Source of the DNA: Podarcis liolepis | Lineage: Eukaryota | NCBI GenBank assembly: GCA_965112155.1 | Contig: OZ218110.1 | Length of the DNA stretch: 64,000 bases | Reading direction: 5' to 3' (one strand) | Shown: positions 13,138 to 25,408 of the stretch, piece after piece | Layout of the letters: the number at the start of each line of letters is the position of its first letter | How positions within the stretch are numbered: the first letter of the stretch is position 1 | The notes under the pieces: generated by a model | Databases searched by the model: none | The model's input: the letters and a program-made list of their open reading frames with translations, nothing else | What the model was told of the DNA's origin: nothing | Program-made: the position numbers and the translations under genes

Positions 13138-13505
13138 CCCTAAACGGCCTCAGTCCAGTATACCTGAAGGAGCGTCTCCACCCACATCATTTTGCCCGGA
13201 CACTGAGGTCCAGTGCCGAGGGCCTTCTGGCGGTTCCCTCACTGTGAGAGGCCAAGTTACAAGGAACCAGGCAGAGGGCCTTCTCAGTAGTGGCACCCGC
13301 CCTGTGGAACACCCTCCCACCAGATGTCAAAGAGAAAACAACTACCAGACTTTTAGAAGACATCTGAATGCAGCCTGGTTTATGGAAGCTTTTAATGTTT
13401 AATAGATTATTGTATTTTAATATTCTGTTGGAAGCTGCCCAGAGTGGCTGGGGAAACCCAGCCAAATGGGGTATAAATCATAAATTATTATAATATTATT
13501 ATTAT
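13138..13505 (+). mobile_element. L2 LINE 3' end
   Basis: ORF C-terminus-like sequence plus GGAAGCTGCCCAGAGTGGCTGGGGAAACCCAGCC tail and (TTA)n. Confidence 0.8.
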
Positions 13506-13730
13506 ATGATGGCTTCCTCCCCAAAGGCACAGCCAGGCCACCTCCCCACTCTCCACCTATAGCAAAAATGGGGAACCTTGGTCCTCCAGGTGTGGTTGGA
13601 TGCCAACTCCCATCAGCTCCAGCCAGCAGAGCCAAGGGCCAAAGAGGTAGTCCAACAATATCTGGAGAGCACCAGGCTCTCCATCTGTGACCTACAATGT
13701 GTGCAGTAAACCGCCAACAGGTGCACGATG

Positions 13731-13925
13731 GGGAAGGGCTGTAGCTCAGTGACAGAGCATCTGAAGGTCCCAGCTTCAATCGCTGGCATCTCCAGGTAGG
13801 GTTGGAGGAGAGAGAGGGGGGGGAAACCTTGTCTGAAATCCAAGAGCTCCACTGCCCACCAGTTTAGAGACAAGGCTCCGCTATATGGGCCAGCGGTCTG
13901 ACTCAAGCAGCATCCTTTGTTCCTA
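13731..13925 (+). mobile_element. older tRNA-derived SINE (Squam2-like)
   Basis: GGGAAGGGCTGTAGCTCAGTG head, GGTCTGACTC...TGTTCCTA tail; related copies at 40081, about 50310 and 62943. Confidence 0.65.
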
Positions 13926-14029
13926 CTCCTGCAGAACAAATGGGTCCAGGTGAGTCAGGTATGAGCTGGAACTCGAGCAGTTTTACTGGGGCACAGTGGG
14001 GTGAAATGAGAGAGACGGTGCTCAAGCCC

Positions 14030-14720
14030 AAATCAGATGGCGTTCAAAAGCCGGTGGTGGTGGTAGGTGACCGCAGAGCGGTGTCCTGGGCGATGTGAAC
14101 ATCCTCGCCTCCAGCTCAGGTGTGCGTAGGAGAGGGAGGAGTGTCCCCGCCTGCTTCTTAAACTGCAGGGGCCCTGCAATCTCCTGCTGGGGGGCGGGGA
14201 AGAGGCCACCCGAGGCTGCCTGTAGGCAGACCCTTCCCAAGACATAAAGTGGAGGCAGGTGGGGGCGGGGCAGGCCGGGGGAGGAGGCTGCCGCGGCGGC
14301 GGCGGCGGCTCGCCTGGCTCTTAGCTTAGTTTGGCTCGGCTGCTGCAGGAGATTTCTGGACTGGACGGGGACGACTTGAGCTGCAGAGCGATGGAAGCCC
14401 GGAGCAGGGGGTTGCAGGTAAGAGGCGGGCTGCGGTTTGACCTAGAGTGGGCAGAAGGGGGGGAGGGTTCTGGATCCCTCCCACTCCCCCTCGATTCAAC
14501 TTTCCACTCCCCGGGGTACGCTGGTGGTGGTGGTTGGGGGCGTTGAAGGGAAGAGGGCAGAGGCAAGAGTGGGGATATACACACACCAGACTGGTAAATG
14601 TGAGCGGGGTGGAGGGGGGGGGAGAGAAAAGATCCCCTCTTCCTTCACCTCTTCTTCCTGCCCCTTCTCTTCCTCATTCAGCCTTCCAACCCCGGGGTGG
14701 GCAGCGAAACCGGGGGTGAG
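14030..14720 (+). promoter_or_regulatory. CRHR1: GC/CpG-rich CRHR1 promoter, 5' UTR and first-exon region
   Basis: local CpG enrichment, GC boxes GGGGCGGGG at 14191 and 14262, (GGC)n at about 14293-14309, immediately upstream of the start codon. Confidence 0.8.
14391..14417 (+). CDS. CRHR1: CRHR1 coding exon 1 (MEARSRGLQ)
   Basis: strong Kozak GCGATGG, in-frame upstream TAG at 14322, donor CAG|GTAAGA, phase 0 matching exon 2; lies in the CpG-rich region. Confidence 0.8.
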
Positions 14721-15235
14721 TTAGGGGTGTTCTGATCCAATATGGGCAGTGGAGACTGGGAGAGGAAGGGGAGTCTCGCCTCCCTCTCTTTTTAAATTTC
14801 CCCTCCCCTTTCTCCCATCTGTGGGTACGGAGTCTGTGTTTGTGTTTTTATTGTGTGAAGCCGGGAGCAGAGCCTCTTCCTCCTCTTCCATCACTGCCCC
14901 CCCCCCGGCTTTTTTTGCCTCTCTGCTGGAGCGCCTCAAAAAACGCCAGCCCAGCTTTCGAGTCCAAGACTCCCTGGCCAGCTTGCTTGCTTGTGTGTGA
15001 GCAAGTAACCCCAGCCTCTGAGTAACCCATGGAGTGAGCAGGCTGAGGAGCGAAGTGCTGTTCATGATGGGATCTTTTAAATAAATAAATAAATCCTGGT
15101 TAATTAATCTGTGATAACTGCTCCATTACTTAATGATCCCTAACACAGATTAGAATCTCCGCTCAGCCCCGCTAAACATGCAATGTCCCTGATTACAAGG
15201 AAGGAAGTGTAGTTGAAGCTATCAGGGCAACTGAT

Positions 15236-15237
<2 letters not shown>

Positions 15238-15293
<56 letters not shown>
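15238..15293. repeat. (CT)n microsatellite
   Basis: direct inspection. Confidence 0.97.
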
Positions 15294-15296
<3 letters not shown>

Positions 15297-15957
15297 AGTG
15301 TGTAGCTTTGTTCCACACAGACCAAGAAATCTGTGTAGCATTTCAGGAAAGGCAAAATGCCACGGCAAACTGAAGATTCACATACTGTATTTGGAAACCA
15401 GCAATATTACTTTGTACTCTAACCTGGTGTCTTTCAGAATTTTGACCTTCAGGAAATGCCTTCCACACAGCTTCCAAGGAGCCCTTAAGTGCAAGTTTGT
15501 GTGGGTGGGGTGGGGGGACTCTGGTGGAACCTTGTTTCCAACAGAGGAGACAGCCGCAGTACTCTGAGCAGCGCCGGGCAGTTCCATATAGCTGCTCTGT
15601 TAATTTCCCATAATGCCCCAGACATAATAGGACTCCAGAGCATTGTGGGAAATTGAAACAGTGGCTAGCCTGGGTTGTTGTTTTTTAAGAGGTGTTAACC
15701 GTGAACCCTGCTGGAGCACTGGAGGCCTGGCAACTGTGGAAAGCCGGTGGGAGCTGTTCTTAAGTATCTGTCTTATGACCACTACACACTGCAGAGGATT
15801 TTGGGGCACATTCTAGCGATTCATAGTCTGGCCAGGTGAGCCTTGCCATGGTTTGTTGGGCCAGAGACTGTTCATAAGTGGTGAACTAAGGGTCTGCCTG
15901 CTGGTTGTACGTCGACGGGAAAATTGGCATTGGTGGGCAAGCTGCCCTTCAGCAAAG

Positions 15958-16025
15958 CATTGCAGGGGGTTGGACTAGATGGCCCTTAGGGTCCCTTTCA
16001 ACTCTATAATGCTGTGATTCTATGA
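15958..16025 (+). mobile_element. CR1/SINE 3' tail fragment
   Basis: CATTGCAGGGGGTTGGACTAGATGGCCC...GATTCTATGA. Confidence 0.7.
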
Positions 16026-17161
16026 AAGCTCAGCTGCCATTACTGAGCTTCCCATTGAGGAATCCCTGATAGGCTTTCAGCAAAGAACGTGAGAGCCACT
16101 GCTCTGCTCCGCATTCCATGTGACATGGATGGTGCTGGAATAATGGGATGCAAGGTTGTGCAACTCTTCAGAAATATGGGGACGGATTGTACCCAATTAA
16201 AAAAACAAAACACTACGCATTTGCAAAGGCTCCCTAGCTGGCTTTTGTTTGTGTTGACTATTTGAATATTATATTTTTATACACCTCGGAACAGTCCCCC
16301 CCCCCTCCAGGTCATTGACTGGTGGTCCCAATTTTCGAAGCCTTCCCCTGTAGCAAGTAGCTCGACTCAGCGCATTCTTATGAAATTATTTGCTCTGAGG
16401 GCAGCTTTCGGCAATTCAACAGCTCTCTGCTTGCGGCACGAGGAGGACTAGAGCAGGACCGGTGTCAGGCTTGGGAGGACCCTTGGCAGGGTGCCCCCCC
16501 CCACAACCCAACACTTGCACACACTATGAAGGGCAGGCTGCAACCCTGGTTGTGATGGTGACAGCACCTCTGTGCTTTTGCTGCTGCCACTGTTGTGGTG
16601 CTCCCTGCCTCAACGCCAAACCCAGGGCAGAGGCACTTTTGAATGGGAGATAAGCTTCACTGCCTTCTATGATGGTCGCCTGTCATTGTAAGTTACCCCA
16701 AATGGTGTGCCCTGGCAGCTCACAGATCTATGAAATTTTCATGTTTTAGACTACAGATCAACGAAATACAAATCAGGGGTGCCAACTTGAATAAAATATG
16801 GGGGGGGTAGCTAAGCCCAGCCCTGTGTATTCGATCACAATACACCATTTGAATGGCAATGCCCATCAATGGGGGGGGCAGCCTTCTCAAATATTTTATT
16901 GGGAAGGGGCCCGAAGGGACCTTGGCCCCTAGGAGTCGGCTCCTGTGACCCATCCTATAGGCTGGAGCATTACATTTTCGACGACTTAAAAGGGCTGTTG
17001 GGAGAGGAGTGTGGCTCCTTTTCAAAAGTGCTGCTACTCCATCCAGAGCTGAAGAATATCCTTGTTGAGAGCAAAAACAGTGGCAAAGAAATCTGCAGCT
17101 GCCATTGCCACAAGCGAAACTGGACTCTGACCTGGTGGTGGTGGTGGGATTTAGGGGAAGT

Positions 17162-17787
17162 GATTTAGATAAATTTATTGTCATTGTCCGTATATACACA
17201 GTATACACAACAACGAAAATCAAACACCCACCCAAAGACCGGGTTCACATATACATTTGCACGTATCTCCGACACTCTCATCCTATTCAGACATAATCTA
17301 TAAAAAACATAACATAATCCAGAATATAACATGACCTATTAAGGCATAACATAACCTAAAACCTATCTCATTCCTTCCTACTCCCTGCTTGCTAAACCTT
17401 GCAACTGGCCCTGAGATCATAATTTAGTGCAATCAGAGCTCTTGGATAGAAACTATTCAGAAGGCGTGTGGTTCGTGTTTTCATTGTCCTATATCTTCTG
17501 CCCGAAGGCAATAGTTCAAAGAAGTTGTGAGCAGGGTGGGTGGGATCTCTCAGGATATTATGTGACTTCTTCAAGATGCGAGACGTGAAGATCTCATCCA
17601 GGGTTGGTAGTCGGAGCCCAATAACATTCTGGGCAATTTTAATTATTCTCTGTAAAGCTTTTTTATCCGTTTCAGAGCTGCTCCCATACCACGATAATAT
17701 ACTATAGGTTAGGACACTCTCGATGGTACTATGATAATAGGACAGAAGTAGGTGCTGGGATAGATGCAGTCCCCTGAGCATTCTCAG
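17162..17787 (-). mobile_element. Rex1/Babar-clade LINE, 5'-truncated, with ORF C-terminus and 3' UTR
   Basis: ORF 17392-17952 contains YHSTIESVLTYSILSWYG...LQRIIKIAQ...HPAHNFFELLPSGRRYR...TTRLLNSFYPRA, the typical Rex1/Babar C-terminus; GACAATAAA at the 3' end. Confidence 0.85.
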
Positions 17788-20461
17788 GGGGGTGGAGGGC
17801 CCCATTACCAGACCTGTGCCAAGGTCCCTGCAAATCCGGCATTGGCCCTGCCGCAATCCTCCGTTTGCCACAAGCAGATCGTAAGGTGCACTGCCCACTG
17901 TTGAAAAGCACCTGGGGGTTGGATCAATGGGGAGGGGGGTGAATGGCAGCATGACTGGGTCAGGTCAGTGAGGGACCCTTCCAAATTCTTGGGGGCTCTG
18001 GCCAGTGACTGATATAGTTGACTGCTGGCACCAGGCATGGACTGACGGTGTGCCTTGATAGGCTGGTCAGTAGGGTGCAAAGTGTTCAAAACAGGAGCCT
18101 TGTATTTTATTCCACACTCTGTAACATCTAGGACAGCTTACCCATGTCATGACACGGTGGTGTTGTGGTTTCCCCATCCCACATCATTAGTGGGAAAATG
18201 CATGACACTGTGACATCCAGTTACAGGGAAATTATCCTAGGCATTATGGAAAGCAGGGTGGGCAGGGAAGTGGACAAATCGTTGCCATTGCTGGCTGCAA
18301 CTGTGCATTTAAGCTCACTTGTAGTTTTGGTGTGAGGCACCATCACAAGCTATGTTAAAAATGCAAAGTCTGAATTGAAATCAAACCAATAGTTTTCACA
18401 AAAGGAAAACAAAAGGGCATTCGTGTCAGATAAGCTTAAAACAGAACACCACTGCTGAGATTGGAGCACGTTTCTGCTATGTGATTAGGTATAACTTTAC
18501 TGCAGGAAAAGGATCTCTCCATCTCTCAAACACATTCATGTTTCCCTGGTGATGGTCATAGTAGTGGAGGACAATAATAATTGTGGAATAAATACGGGAC
18601 ACAAATTGCAGATGAGGCATGCTAATAGCCACAATGCCCATGTTCCGCCTCCTCTTTAAAAAAATAAATAATATTTATTAAATTTTCCATTTTAACAATC
18701 CAATAAAACCACATTAAAAATATTCCAAATCATAGTACAATTCAAAAAAACATTTTTTATATCTTTGGGTGACTTCCCATGCTCTGAAGTTCAGATGAGG
18801 CACAATGCCCATCTTCCACCTCCTCTGTCTTCTTGTATTCTTATGCTCTTCTGCAGTATTTTCCCCACACCCATGCTCAAGAACACACATTTCTCCAGAA
18901 AATGATGTGTCCTGGGCATGGTTCGAAGTTAGCCAGGCACCAGGTACATTTTGCAACCAGGGATTGGCAGATTGCAAGCACTTTGAGAAGTCTTGGCACC
19001 ACATGTGGGGATTTGAGACTCCAGAAGAAAATTGTCACCACTGAGCACTGAGGGCGCAGGAGGAGAAATGAGAACCAAGGTACCACTGTAATTAAAATAA
19101 AATAAAATAAAAATGTCAGCCTTTGTAAATATCAATTATTCAATTGACTTATGGTTTTGGCCACGATTGCAGGGGCCAAGCCCCATTTACGTTTGTGGTG
19201 ACCAATTAAGAATTGCTATTAAAAATGTGATATTGACAATGTGTCACTGATGTGAACTGTGTGTTAGTTCATGTGTTTAAAAAATATAAATAGAAAGTAT
19301 GGCAGAATTGGGGGGAAGAGGGGAAATAATGCGACTAGACTTTGTGTTGTGGTGCCTGTAACCTAGGCTCCAGAGGCCAACAGCTTTTCAAACACTGGCC
19401 TGGGTCCTGCCACTGTATTAACATCTGGAATCTGGAGCAGCATGGGCAGGGCAGATCCCATGGGTTCTTTCCGCTCGATTGTCAGGCACTTTCTTGGCTG
19501 AGACATAATTGGGCAGAAAGGACCCAAATATTTGACTCTGGCTATGTGATTGCTGGTATTCATACATATATTGTAGCAGCACAAGAAGAGTGTTGGGGAA
19601 GTGGATCCCACAGTGATGTAAGCATGTGTGAATTGGGTCCCCCTTGTTTGGATGAAGTATAATAGGCTCCACAAACATGGATGGAGCTTCCAAACATTCC
19701 TGTGAAGTCATGGGATGAAGTCATAGGAAATGTCACCTCATTGCTTTGGTAACATAGAGAGTTATAGGTGGGTTCCAAAATATAATTTGTGCCTTTGAAT
19801 ACATTTCCCCACCATATCTCAGTTCTGGAACATATGAATTAACAATGTGCAGAGTGTCTCTCTCTCCCTCTCTCCCTCTGAGTAACCATGGTCTTTGATG
19901 TGCCCTGATACTTCTGTGGTTTAGTGGCGACATCATCCAGGTCAGAGGTATGGCTTTCAAGCAGACCGAAGCCCCAGCACCTCTCTCCTTCCTCAAGATG
20001 AAAGCAGCAGGCAGCTCCCAATTTCCACAGACGAATTAATGCATTTTGTGATGTGCATAATCCACACACATCCATTATTCCTTTGAGCAAATATAGTTGG
20101 CATAATTTCCCCCAACATATATTCATTCTGAATTCAGACAGGAATTAATGAATGCAAATCAACAATGGCAGTTATTTTTACACCTTGGGAAAGATACCCT
20201 TTTCTGAGGAGAACTTCGAGCCCATCCAGTGCTGTCGAAAGCATGAATATGTGAGGGGATGATTATAGTTTGCAGGCCCCCTTGGCAAAGGAATGTGGCA
20301 AAGTGCCTGAAGAAGCCATGAGTTGACTTCAGGTCTTGTGCAGTCAGGTTTTTTTTAATATAAAAAAGAATAGAATTCCCCCTGTGTTCCACCAATGTGC
20401 TTTATGTTTGCAAAAGTACAATGCATACTCAAGACCTCTTACTAGTTTATTTGTATTAAGT

Positions 20462-20991
20462 AAAAGGTAAAAGGATAAAGGACCCCTGGACAGTTAAGTC
20501 CAGTTGAAGATGACTATGGGGTTGCGGCACTTATCTCGCTTTCGGGCCAAGGGAGTCGGCGTTTGTCCACAGACAGCTTTCCGGGTCATGTGGCCAGTAT
20601 GACTAAACCGCTTCTGGTGCAACGGAACACCGTGATGGAAACCAGAGCACACGGAAACGCCGTTTACTTTCCCGCCACCACAGTACCTATTTATCTACTT
20701 GCAATGGCATGCTTTCGAACTGCTACGTTGGCAGGAGCTGGGACAGAGCAATGGGAGCTCACCCCGTGGTGGGGATTTGAACTGCCAACTTTCCAATCGG
20801 CAAGGCCAAGAGCAGGCATCCCCAAACCCACCCTCCAGATGTTTTGGGACTACAATTCCCATCATCCCTGACCACTGGTCCTGTTAGCTAGGGATGATGG
20901 GAGTTGTAGTCCCAAAACATCTGGGAGGCCGAGTTTGGGGGTGCCTGTCCAAGAGGCTCAGTGGTTTAAACCACAGTGCCACCCACGTCCC
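20462..20991 (-). mobile_element. Sauria SINE (second subfamily) interrupted by a hAT MITE
   Basis: colinear with other copies once 20813-20955 is removed; TGTATTAAGT on both flanks. Confidence 0.88.
20813..20947. mobile_element. palindromic hAT-type MITE
   Basis: TIR CAGGCATCCCCAAAC/GTTTGGGGGTGCCTG; 8-bp TSD GCCAAGAG/TCCAAGAG. Confidence 0.88.
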
Positions 20992-22043
20992 TCATCTGTA
21001 TTAAGTGATCCCAAGTGTTCACCCTGGCTTAAGAATGTAGGAAGTACTTTCCTTATCAGATCTGAGAGAAAACCAGAATTATTTGCAAGAATACCCGCAA
21101 ACAGCAGGCATTAGATAGCCCACCAGAAATTAGCCAATGGTGCACCAAAGTCACTCATCACATGTGTGTATGGCTATTATTTGTACACACAACCCCCCCC
21201 CCCCAACAACCCAGCTGTTAAAAACTGAATGTGGATCATGGTTGGGAATAGGGACTGGGGCATTCTCAAGGGAAGGTATTATAACAGAAACATAGGAATG
21301 TTCATATTCTTCGCGCGCATTATCTCAGAAGTCCTTACCACATCTCTGATAGGTAGATCAATATTTACAAATGCGGCAGATTCAGGGGGCTGAGGCTAAC
21401 AAAAAGAGAATGGATTCCCTAAGTCCACTGAATGGGTTTTATTCATGGCTGACAGCACAAGATGCTGATTTTAGTGAGATACTGATTTTCACAGATACAC
21501 ACATACTTAAGTGTGGCACTGTGTAAGGTTAATGAAATGAAAAGGGGAGGTTGAAATACAGATGATGGACTCCAGCTCCCAGCATTCCTGACCACTGGCT
21601 GATGGGAGCTGGAGTCCAACAACCCGGTTTTTGCCACTTTGGGGCTCCTTTGGGAGCAAGGAGGGGATATAAATTTAATAAATAGAATTAAGATATCTGG
21701 AGGGCCACAGCTATAGTTTCTAAAAGAAATGCTTGAGCTGTAGCTTTCTTGTTTGTAGAATTTGGAGTTAACCTGCTACATTTTTTTTGTCTTGAGGAAG
21801 AAATGTCAAAGTACGGCCCCTCTCCTGCATGTGAGGAAAATCGGCTGCAGAGTTCTCTGTGGAAGTCTAATGGAGAGGAATGAGAGCTGGCCAAGAACGT
21901 AGTAGCGGATTCTCCCACAGGAGTTCAATCTCCCTATCTTTATTAATTTATTGCATAAAATATATTTAAACTGCCCTTCATCCTTATGGATACCAAACTG
22001 GTATGCAATGGGCATTGTCAAATTCACTATGCCAAGCTAGAAC

Positions 22044-22193
22044 AACTGGATAGCTCAGTTGGTGCAAGAGCGTGGTGCTGATAACATCAAGGTTGCAGGT
22101 TCGATCCCCATATGGGACAGCTGCATATTCCTTCATTGCAGGGGGTTGGACTAGATGATCCTCAGGGTCCCTTCCAAACGCCACAATCTATGA
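22044..22193 (+). mobile_element. SINE with tRNA-Ile-like head and CR1-derived tail
   Basis: TAGCTCAGTTGGT...AGAGCGTGGTGCTGATAAC...GGTTCGATCCCC then CATTGCAGGGGGTTGGACTAGATGATC. Confidence 0.8.
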
Positions 22194-23379
22194 AATGCAC
22201 TAGTACAAGGGGGGGGGACCCACAAATCTGCCAGTAAAACAGATTTTGAAACACCTGTCTTCCCACTCTGCTGACCTTAATGATTCATGGAAAGTCAACT
22301 GTGGATAGACTCTGTGCCCTGAGGTCAGACTCCTTTAGTACTGACATTGCTCGTTCTGGTTGCTGTTTGCCTCTCATTCACTGGCAAGCTGGAACTTACG
22401 AGCAAATTGATTTATTATTTCCTTTTTACAAAACTACCGTAAATCTCCAGTGCCCTTTTCCCTTGTCGGAAGAAAACTGACAATTCAAAAATGCTCTGAA
22501 GCTAACATCTCTCGAACAAGCAGAGCACAGCAGAGCCACATCTCTGCTTTCCATGTTCAGAAAAACTACAGTGGCTTTTGCCTCCCGGAATATGGGTACT
22601 GAATATCCCTCACAGGCTAGTGTAATAATAGCAGCGGGTTGCGAATTACCGGTCTATCCCATCTTAATGCAGGGGAGAAGGGAAGTCTAAAAGATTTACA
22701 GTTGTTTTAGAGTCATGGTGATTTGCAGTTAAATGAAACAACTACATCCAGTGATTATAAATCCCTATAACTTTAGACTAGGGATGGAGAACCTGGCTGT
22801 TGCCATTCAGGTGTTGATGGACTCTAGATCCTATAAAGTCATGTCCCAGAGTGTGGCTGCTGTCAGCTACTAGGAGCCACAGGTGAGAGCTGAGCGCCAC
22901 ATAATAAATCTTTACAAATAACATCAACCTACCGCTTCCCTCCCAAATCCCTGCTTCTCACTTAAACATATATTGAGTGGTCTCTCATAACACAGTTAAC
23001 GCTAACCTGTTCCAAATTGTTCAAGGCACAGTTAAGAAAATGCCACCAGCTGTCTGCTTGTTAGCAAAATTACCTCAGGAAGGCTCGCGCCTCACAGTCG
23101 TTCTGCTGCCTGACTTCTGAGGGTGGGACTCTGGAGGCAAAAGCAGATGCCCAGAATTGCTCTGGAAAGCAGAGGAGAACAGTGCAGTGTTTTGGTCAAT
23201 AAACATCAGAACTCTTGTCTTCCATAGGTAGTATCCAAACATATGTGAAACTGGGAACAGAAATGCATCATCACTTTTAATATAAGAGCAGACAGGACAA
23301 CATTTCTATATGTTATGGGTGGGTGTGGACTTAAGAAATGCCCAGAGCCTACATATATACATAGTAGGATTACTGATTA

Positions 23380-23619
23380 CAGTGGTACCTCGGGTTAAGT
23401 ACTTAATTCATTCTGGAGGTCCGTTATTAACATGAATCTGTTCTTAACCTGAAGCACCACTTTAGCTAATGGGGCCTCCTGCTGCTGCTGCCATGCCGCC
23501 GGAGCACGATTTCTGTTCTTATCCTGAAGTAAAGTTCTTAACCTGAGGTACTATTTCTGGGTTAGTCTGTAACCTGAAGCGCATGTAACCTGAAGCGTAT
23601 GTAACCCGAGGTACCTCTG
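23380..23619. mobile_element. Tc1/mariner (Tigger-like) MITE
   Basis: TIR CAGTGGTACCTCGGGTTA/TAACCCGAGGTACCTCTG, TA on both sides. Confidence 0.9.
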
Positions 23620-25108
23620 TATATGGAAAGAAGCCAGCATCTATCAGAAACCCTGCTTCTCAGTTGTTCGTGTACACCAGCTTTTGCCAACTTAACACCC
23701 TTCAGACATTTTGGACTACAACTCCCATCAGCCAGTAGGGGTTGATGACAGTTGTAGTCCCTCCATAACTGGAGGACACCCCCTTGCCTACCACTGAACT
23801 ACGGCTTGGGTTCACTTGTAGTACTTGCATCATGATGGATAGTGCCCTCTCAAGAACTGTCTCTGCATGTGTGCAGAGATAATTGTCACCAAAAGACAGG
23901 CTAGGGGATGTATAATGAGCCGTTCTGAGGTAATTTTAGTCTGTGGGCAGTCAATGGTACCACAAGACAGCACTCGGGTTGTAGGAGATTTTCATTGTGG
24001 GTTAAACAAGATCAATGGTTTATTGAGAGACATGTGTATTATTTGAGATTGTGTATTGGTGTGTTGTGTTCTTTCATCCTGGTGCAATGTTTGATTTGGG
24101 TGGGGCGAACTTGAAGTGTGCACTTTGCATAGCACAGTGACAATAAGCCTGTCTTGAGTAATCAAAACTGTCCTCATTCTTGGACAGCTGTTTAGCCCAA
24201 ACATATGGGCTAGCAAGCCAAACTCCTAAACTTTCCCAATTTAATTGGGAGATTGCAGCCCCAAAAGACATTTTTTTTGCACTGTGCTCTTGCATGGGCC
24301 CGCTGACGCGCATGGGAGCATGGCCCCAAAAGACACATGTCTTGGAAACTATGGCAAGCATTGGATGCTGCCCCACTGGGGCAAATGGGGCACTGCCCCA
24401 CCAACCTCTGCCTACTCTCAGCCTGCTCCCACCTGTCTGCTTTCTTATTTACAACGAGTCCAGCAGGCAGCCCTGTCTGTCAACTGCCTCCTCTTTAGTT
24501 TTGATGTTGCCTTTGTATAACTCAGCAGGGAGAAGAATGGGGACCAAACTAGAATTAGTTGGTTCTGCCGCTTGTTGGCTCTGGATCCAACTACTGTTGA
24601 CCTCTCTGCCTTCCTCCCTACCCTACCCAGGAAGCAACAGTCACTAGTGCAAGCAAGTGAGCACCAAAGAGATCAAAACTTAACTTTGGTGTGAATATGC
24701 ATAGGATCAGACTGTCAATGTACAAGGAAACATAACTTTTAAAGCTCATGTACAGAGTTACAACAGATGGTCCTATACAGGCACTGTGAATGATGAGAAG
24801 TTACCAGGAATTAGCCTCCCTTGGAAGAAGAGATCACTAGAGACTTACGGGGTTTTATAATATTTGTATAAGCCTGCAATTCAATGCACAATTACTTGGA
24901 AGTACTGTAAGCTCCACTGGCCTCAGTGGGACTACTTTCTGGGTAAAGATGCATAAGATTGTACTACTGTTCAGTGTCCAAGTGCTGACTGTTGAAGGAC
25001 AACTTGAAAGCCCCTCCCTCTCTCTCTGTTTAGGGTTTTATTTTTACCTTTAAACCATATATTGGCTGGACAGCCATTCAAACAGAGGGGCTATCCTCTG
25101 CAAGAGAC

Positions 25109-25408
25109 GCAGTTTGAATCCCCACGACAGGGTGAGCTCCCGTTGCTCGGTCCCAGCTCCTGCCAACCCAGCAGTTCGAAAGCACATCAAAGTGCAAGTA
25201 GATAAATAGGTACCGCTCCAGCGGGAAGGTAAACGGCATTTCTGTGCGCTGCTCAGGTTCACCAGAAGCAGCTTAGTCATGCTGGCCACATGACTTGGAA
25301 GCTGTCTGCGGACAAATGCCAGCTCCCTCGGCCTATAGAGAGGGATGAGCGCCGCAACCCCAAAGTCGTCCATGACTGGACCTAATGGTCAGGGGTACCT
25401 TTACCTTT
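25109..25408 (+). mobile_element. Sauria SINE, 5'-truncated
   Basis: reverse complement of the 11519 copy; ACCTTTACCTTT tail. Confidence 0.88.

Noticed and set aside
1-14000. A second protein-coding gene upstream of CRHR1
   Set aside because: No exon with recognisable homology and consistent splice phases found by eye; short or non-coding exons cannot be excluded
15564-15585. REST/RE1-like site in intron 1
   Set aside because: Half-site spacing and several core positions do not match the consensus
16869-17168. 99-aa ORF with a protein-like middle part
   Set aside because: Starts within a hAT-like MITE, no family similarity recognised, no convincing donor site
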